Positions 59,354-64,000 of a stretch of 64,000 nucleotides of DNA are shown here, piece after piece (the stretch's first letter is position 1; each line of letters begins with the position of its first letter). The stretch comes from a virus. The notes below the pieces were generated by a model. The model searched no databases. It worked only from the letters and a program-made list of their open reading frames with translations, and had not been told where the DNA came from. The position numbers and the translations under genes were made by a program. Location of the stretch: positions 1 to 64,000 of the IMG/VR virus record IMGVR_UViG_3300042332_001447; one strand, 5' to 3'.

Positions 59354-61096
59354 TTATCTAGCTCTTTCAAAGTTGTTATCAATTGTACCTACAAACTCTA
59401 CAGGTAATTTATCGAATCTATGTGTTTTAATAGCTGTAATTTCGTTGTAGTATATCTCTCCTTCAAAAACATGTTTAATGCTTATAATGAACCATTGTCC
59501 GTAAAATTTATCATTATGTGGAGTTTTATCTGCTCCCTCTGTACGATCTATCGCTATAAATCTCCCAATCTCTCTGCTCGGTAAACCGAGTGTTCTAAAG
59601 TGTATACACGCATTATGAAATAGACCGGTGTATAATAGTTTCTTAATACCATCACATTGTCTTAGTATAGGGTCTTCTCCGTATAGAGAATACGTCGGAG
59701 TTAAACTTAAATTGCGTTTATCTTTATCGAGAGTAATTAAGAACAGATCTTCTAAATTTGAATTGTTATTTTTATATACCCCTTTAATATATTGTTTAGA
59801 TATAAACTCTCTTGCTTTTTTAACAGTGTTATTTTCAAATTCAATATTGAATTTTCTTTCAGCGAAATTAAAAGAGTATACGGGACGAGTACGAAACACG
59901 CTAGAGTTTGTTAGAGGGGACATATCTACAAATCTATAATTTGTTATTAAACTATGTCTACCGGATTTTAAATCTACTTTAGAAGATTCTCCGTTACTTA
60001 TTGGAGCATAATGTCTTTTAGTAGCACCGTCACTGTTATCTGCATAGCCTTGTAAGAAGAAATGCTCAATCTGCATTGGACCTGGAGACTCTTTACTACT
60101 ACCTGCTTGATTGAAGTACCAAGAAATCGGTTTTAAAGTGAAATAACCAACATCATACGGAGTCGGGCCTTTTTCTATAGTTAAAAGACTTAGATCATTA
60201 ATTTGTGTTCCAGCACTTTCTATTTTTGTATTACTTGCATGATACCTATAAACATATGATAGACAATCATAAGCAGACATGTACGCAGGAGCTGTAAAGA
60301 ATATACTACTACCACCATCTTCCCACTCTTCTGCTGAACCTACTAATTGTTTCACATTTAAACTTAAATCAGTAATACTACTCTCTATTATTTCTTTTAT
60401 AGCAATACCTGTAGGTATAGAGTTATCTTTTTCTGCAAGGGACGCTTTAGATGCAACAGGAGAAAGTGCTGTAGAGTACTCTATTAAATTAGAGTTCATT
60501 TTTTGATACCTTATATCGTAAAAATAAAGCTTTAAGCATTTAATATCAGCTGAAGCTGCTCCAGTAGAGCCTACAGGTTTATCTATTTCTTCTACATCAT
60601 AAATTGCAAATAAATGAGATAGAGACCAAAATTTATCATTTGCATCTACAGTGTAACCTGCATATTGGGCGGTACCTTCTTCTTTAAGATTTGAACTATC
60701 ATCAACTTTAGGTGTAATTTTTATACGGAGTAAATCATCTCCGTCATTACGAAATATGTATCCAAAAAACTGAGCGGGGTCTCCTTTGCTATTTTTTTTT
60801 GAAAGCTCTGCAGGATCGATAACTTTTTTAGTATGAGCAGGTAACGCATCGGTGTGTTGCCCTGTTATATTGTCTATGCCGCTATCATTTGCATTAGGGC
60901 TATACATATATGTTAAAGTACCTCTTGTAACCCAGTCAGAAAGATCACTCTCAATAGATAAGTTAACTATAGAGTTCGGGTTAATTGGAAACTTTCTTTC
61001 AGCAGAATCCCCGTTACTGTTATCTAAATAGATTTCAATAGTGTGACGTAATTGATTGTATTTTGTTTCATAAACAAATTGAGATGGTGCTGGCAT
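59354..61096 (-). CDS. Baseplate hub-like protein (gp27-like)
   Basis: C-terminal G..SREIGRFI...YGQWFIISIKHVF motif; position next to the gp53-like gene. Confidence 0.55.
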   Translation of the reverse strand: MPAPSQFVYETKYNQLRHTIEIYLDNSNGDSAERKFPINPNSIVNLSIESDLSDWVTRGTLTYMYSPNANDSGIDNITGQHTDALPAHTKKVIDPAELSKKNSKGDPAQFFGYIFRNDGDDLLRIKITPKVDDSSNLKEEGTAQYAGYTVDANDKFWSLSHLFAIYDVEEIDKPVGSTGAASADIKCLKLYFYDIRYQKMNSNLIEYSTALSPVASKASLAEKDNSIPTGIAIKEIIESSITDLSLNVKQLVGSAEEWEDGGSSIFFTAPAYMSAYDCLSYVYRYHASNTKIESAGTQINDLSLLTIEKGPTPYDVGYFTLKPISWYFNQAGSSKESPGPMQIEHFFLQGYADNSDGATKRHYAPISNGESSKVDLKSGRHSLITNYRFVDMSPLTNSSVFRTRPVYSFNFAERKFNIEFENNTVKKAREFISKQYIKGVYKNNNSNLEDLFLITLDKDKRNLSLTPTYSLYGEDPILRQCDGIKKLLYTGLFHNACIHFRTLGLPSREIGRFIAIDRTEGADKTPHNDKFYGQWFIISIKHVFEGEIYYNEITAIKTHRFDKLPVEFVGTIDNNFERAR

Positions 61097-61098
61097 AC

Positions 61099-61452
61099 TT
61101 AATTCTCCTGTACTGTAATCTGCTCAATTATAGACTTAACAACCTCAGATTTGAGTAAACGAATCTTTGTGCCTGTTACTAATTTACCTGTAGGATTTAT
61201 AATATCGTTAGCACTAACTATTACCCACCAGAGATTTGGTGTACGATAGGCTTTATAAGAAATATAAGGCCAGGTATCTTCCTCTTGTATAACATATTCA
61301 TTATAATAACCTTTCGGTAAATTACTCGGTACTACAACTGTTTGTAATATATTATAAAAATATTTTGAATCTTCATCTGAATACACGTTAAAAATATTTT
61401 CAAGATTTTCTACTTTAAGATTTTTTAAATCGTTTATTTGATTCTGCTTCAT
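61099..61452 (-). CDS. Baseplate wedge protein gp53-like (LysM-like)
   Basis: YVIQEEDTWPYISYKAY.TPNLWWVI..ANDIINP; likely start MKQNQ at 61452. Confidence 0.75.
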   Translation of the reverse strand: MKQNQINDLKNLKVENLENIFNVYSDEDSKYFYNILQTVVVPSNLPKGYYNEYVIQEEDTWPYISYKAYRTPNLWWVIVSANDIINPTGKLVTGTKIRLLKSEVVKSIIEQITVQEN

Positions 61453-61453
61453 A

Positions 61454-62425
61454 TTAATCTCCTCTTCCAGGGCTTTGTAATTTTGTAAAAACTTTAGGAT
61501 TTTCAATTTGTTGAAATAGGTTTTTACTCGGCATAACCATATCTGTTAAAGTTATAGTTACGTCGTACGCATCCGGTACAACACAACTCATATTTTTATC
61601 TAACAAGGGTAATTTTCTCATATTGCCTTTATTACCTATCGTAATATTTGTAACACAGGATGCATAACTATAATGCTGACCTGGTACGAGTACTTCATAG
61701 AAAACGGGCGGTAAACTGGTTATTAAATCTCTTTTATTATATAAATTCTGATTTACTAGTAACATACATAGTTCTCTGTTTAATATCCAGTCATCAGGTG
61801 CAAGAGTATTAAAGAGTGAAAATTTTATATCTATACTTCTTTCGCTATGGGATTCCCACATTTTCGGTCTGTCCGTAGCGCCAACCTTTGGATAACCACC
61901 GAGAGTTGCAAGACCGGTACCGAGTGCTTGTTTGAGCATCTCAGCACCCGTACCTAATGCATTTGCAGCTTCACTGCCAGCTATTAACCCGGTTAACCCT
62001 TTTGCAGCTTTACCTATACCTTCTACCTGATCTAAAGCTGTCCACTGAGCTGTTGTTACCTGAAAATTGATATCAGAAAAATAAGGCATGTAATATTTAA
62101 ACCCTGTAGGATTGTCTTTAGGGAACAAATTTTGATAGGGTTCTAACGGATCGTCTTGACCGAAAAGAGAATATTCTAAAGCATTACCCGCACCTCGAGC
62201 GTATCTATACGCAGCTCTCTTAAGAGTTCCCTCATTGAATTCATACTCTTTTAATATAACATATGGAGTATCTTTTCTTGCTTCTTTCGGTGCAAGAGTC
62301 CACGGAAAATCGTTCGTTACGTTTATATCGCTACCGTAATCACTAGGGGTATATAGTTTTGCAAGCCCTGCTTGGCCTTGACTCCAAGTCATACTTTGAT
62401 CTCTCTCTGCGTATATTTTTTTCAT
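61454..62425 (-). CDS. Tail tube initiator / baseplate junction protein (gp48/gp54-like)
   Basis: ERSIDIKFSLFN...PP..YEV...VTNITI...DVTITLTD tube-fold pattern. Confidence 0.55.
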   Translation of the reverse strand: MKKIYAERDQSMTWSQGQAGLAKLYTPSDYGSDINVTNDFPWTLAPKEARKDTPYVILKEYEFNEGTLKRAAYRYARGAGNALEYSLFGQDDPLEPYQNLFPKDNPTGFKYYMPYFSDINFQVTTAQWTALDQVEGIGKAAKGLTGLIAGSEAANALGTGAEMLKQALGTGLATLGGYPKVGATDRPKMWESHSERSIDIKFSLFNTLAPDDWILNRELCMLLVNQNLYNKRDLITSLPPVFYEVLVPGQHYSYASCVTNITIGNKGNMRKLPLLDKNMSCVVPDAYDVTITLTDMVMPSKNLFQQIENPKVFTKLQSPGRGD

Positions 62426-62433
62426 ATATTATT

Positions 62434-64000
62434 TTAAGCTACTGCAAAATTAGATCTAACTGCTCGAATAGGGTCAAAGTTGTTACTAGCTATTTGAGAC
62501 ATTGAAGGAGAATTGTTTTGGGCTTGTTGCTGAGGTATAATAAGAGGTTGTATAGAGGGTGTTTTAGAGTTACCTAATGCCCCTGCAAGCTTTAGAATAG
62601 CCTGTGTCAGATTTGCAATTTGACTATTGGTATTATTTGTGTTAGCTGCAATTGTTTCTAGTATTGCTGAAGATTTATCTGTTACTGGTTTAGCGGGTTC
62701 CTGAATTGGTGTGAATTTTTGTGCTGGCGTATCAGCTGGTAAGACCGTAGGCGGTGTAGGTGAAATACTAGGTACATCTTCAGTCATATTATTTACTTTA
62801 GAAACTTCAGGAGATACAGTCTCATTATTAGCGTTATATGCGTCTCGTCCAGCTATTAAAGCATCTAAGCCAAATGACGCTGCAGTACCGTAGCCTGGTA
62901 TAGTACTTGCTGCTCCTGAAGCAAACTCCAGGCCTGCTCCTGCCCAGTCGCCACTTAATGCTCTTTGTGCACCAGCACCTATTCCAGCAACCAAGCCAAC
63001 ACCCGGTATTTTTTTAAGTAAGGATTTACCTAATGCTTTGGCGCCTACTTTAGCAGTTTCTTTACCAGCAACTTCTGTACCTGCTTTAACAACCTCTTTA
63101 TCCATTACTTCTTTTCCAACTGACTTAGTACTAGTCTCTAAAACTTCTTTTGCTCCAACTTTAGTACTTTCTTTACTAACAGGTTTTGCTTCAGTTTCTA
63201 ATGCTTCTTTTGTTTCGGTTTTAACTTTCTTTTTATTAGCTGTCTTTGCTTCCGGCTCTGAACCTTCTTTTTTCACCGGCTTAACATTCTCTTTCTTAGA
63301 GGGAGCTGTAGATGTTTTCTTACTAGACGGTTCTTTTGTGGTTGGTCTCGTAGAACTAGGTTTACCTGGTGCAGGTATCTTAGATTTAAATAAATCTTTT
63401 AAATACTTAATACCCACTAGTGTACCTAATATACCTGAGCCTGAACCTGAGCCTTCTTCTTCATTACTTGTTTTTTTAGCTGCTGTTAAGGATGATCCTA
63501 CAGCTTTTGATAAACCACTTTCAATTGCAGTTTGTATGTTCTTAAAAACATCGGGGGATATTTTATCTATAGATACGCTTTGAATTGATTCTTCATCTTT
63601 AATTAAATCTAACTGCTGTTCATTAGATTCGTTATCATTAACTTTAGAGCGTAGCGCTTCGAGTTTATCGTTATCTACTTGTACTTCTTCAAGTTTTTTA
63701 GAATATTTTTCAAAAGGTTTAAATAATTCTTGCATAATACCTTTTGCATTATCCAGAGGGGTTTTACTCGTAGCAGATTCTTTTAATTTATTAAAATATG
63801 ATGTTTTTTCACCATTTGCTGTCTCTCTTTGTTTGAGAAGAGCTTGTGTGATACCTATTAAACCTTTATCTTTTTCTTTTAAAAGTTGCTGAAAGATATT
63901 TTTTGGCTGCTTGTCACTTGATGTAAACTCAACAGGACGTTCTTCAAGAAATTTATTTGATTTTTCTTTAGCAGGTTCATATTGAGAAACAGCTTCTTCT
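62434..64000 (-). CDS. Tape measure / gp29-like protein, 5' end beyond the window
   Basis: Frame stays open from 63735 to the window end; KALGKSLLKKIPGVGLVAG..GDWAGAGLE motif. Confidence 0.6.
   Translation of the reverse strand, partial: EEAVSQYEPAKEKSNKFLEERPVEFTSSDKQPKNIFQQLLKEKDKGLIGITQALLKQRETANGEKTSYFNKLKESATSKTPLDNAKGIMQELFKPFEKYSKKLEEVQVDNDKLEALRSKVNDNESNEQQLDLIKDEESIQSVSIDKISPDVFKNIQTAIESGLSKAVGSSLTAAKKTSNEEEGSGSGSGILGTLVGIKYLKDLFKSKIPAPGKPSSTRPTTKEPSSKKTSTAPSKKENVKPVKKEGSEPEAKTANKKKVKTETKEALETEAKPVSKESTKVGAKEVLETSTKSVGKEVMDKEVVKAGTEVAGKETAKVGAKALGKSLLKKIPGVGLVAGIGAGAQRALSGDWAGAGLEFASGAASTIPGYGTAASFGLDALIAGRDAYNANNETVSPEVSKVNNMTEDVPSISPTPPTVLPADTPAQKFTPIQEPAKPVTDKSSAILETIAANTNNTNSQIANLTQAILKLAGALGNSKTPSIQPLIIPQQQAQNNSPSMSQIASNNFDPIRAVRSNFAVA

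Noticed and set aside
1-64000. Stop-codon reassignment; tRNA or rRNA genes
   Set aside because: Genes are long and densely packed under code 11 with TAA, TAG and TGA all used as stops; no tRNA or rRNA signature noticed by eye.

Overview
This is a 64-kb, AT-rich segment of a large T4-like (myovirus) bacteriophage read in the standard code. It contains a long virion-structural module (gp5/gp6/gp25/gp53/gp48-like baseplate genes plus many LamG, PKD, LCCL and Thr-Pro-rich fibre or appendage proteins), a four-gene lysis cassette implying a diderm host, phoH, dUTPase and a clamp loader. It is also rich in mobile elements. (1) An ORF-less 237-nt group I intron (minus strand, 14296-14532) with a trnL/IC3-like core splits a fibre-like gene after codon 6; the ORF track misses it. 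(2) An intact TnpB-only IS200/IS605 element (20906-22288) is accompanied by two further omega-RNA/right-end copies (1-144 and a 366-bp mini-element at 14787-15152), each with a different guide and covarying stems. The mini-element's left end has become a perfect palindrome that removes its transposase guide tetranucleotide. (3) An Ala-starting class 3 (WCT) LAGLIDADG intein sits in the PhoH P-loop. (4) A free-standing GIY-YIG endonuclease lies antisense next to dUTPase. Promoter motifs lie about 5-10 nt from start codons with no Shine-Dalgarno, suggesting leaderless or very short-leader mRNAs. Product names come from motif recognition by eye; no searches were run.
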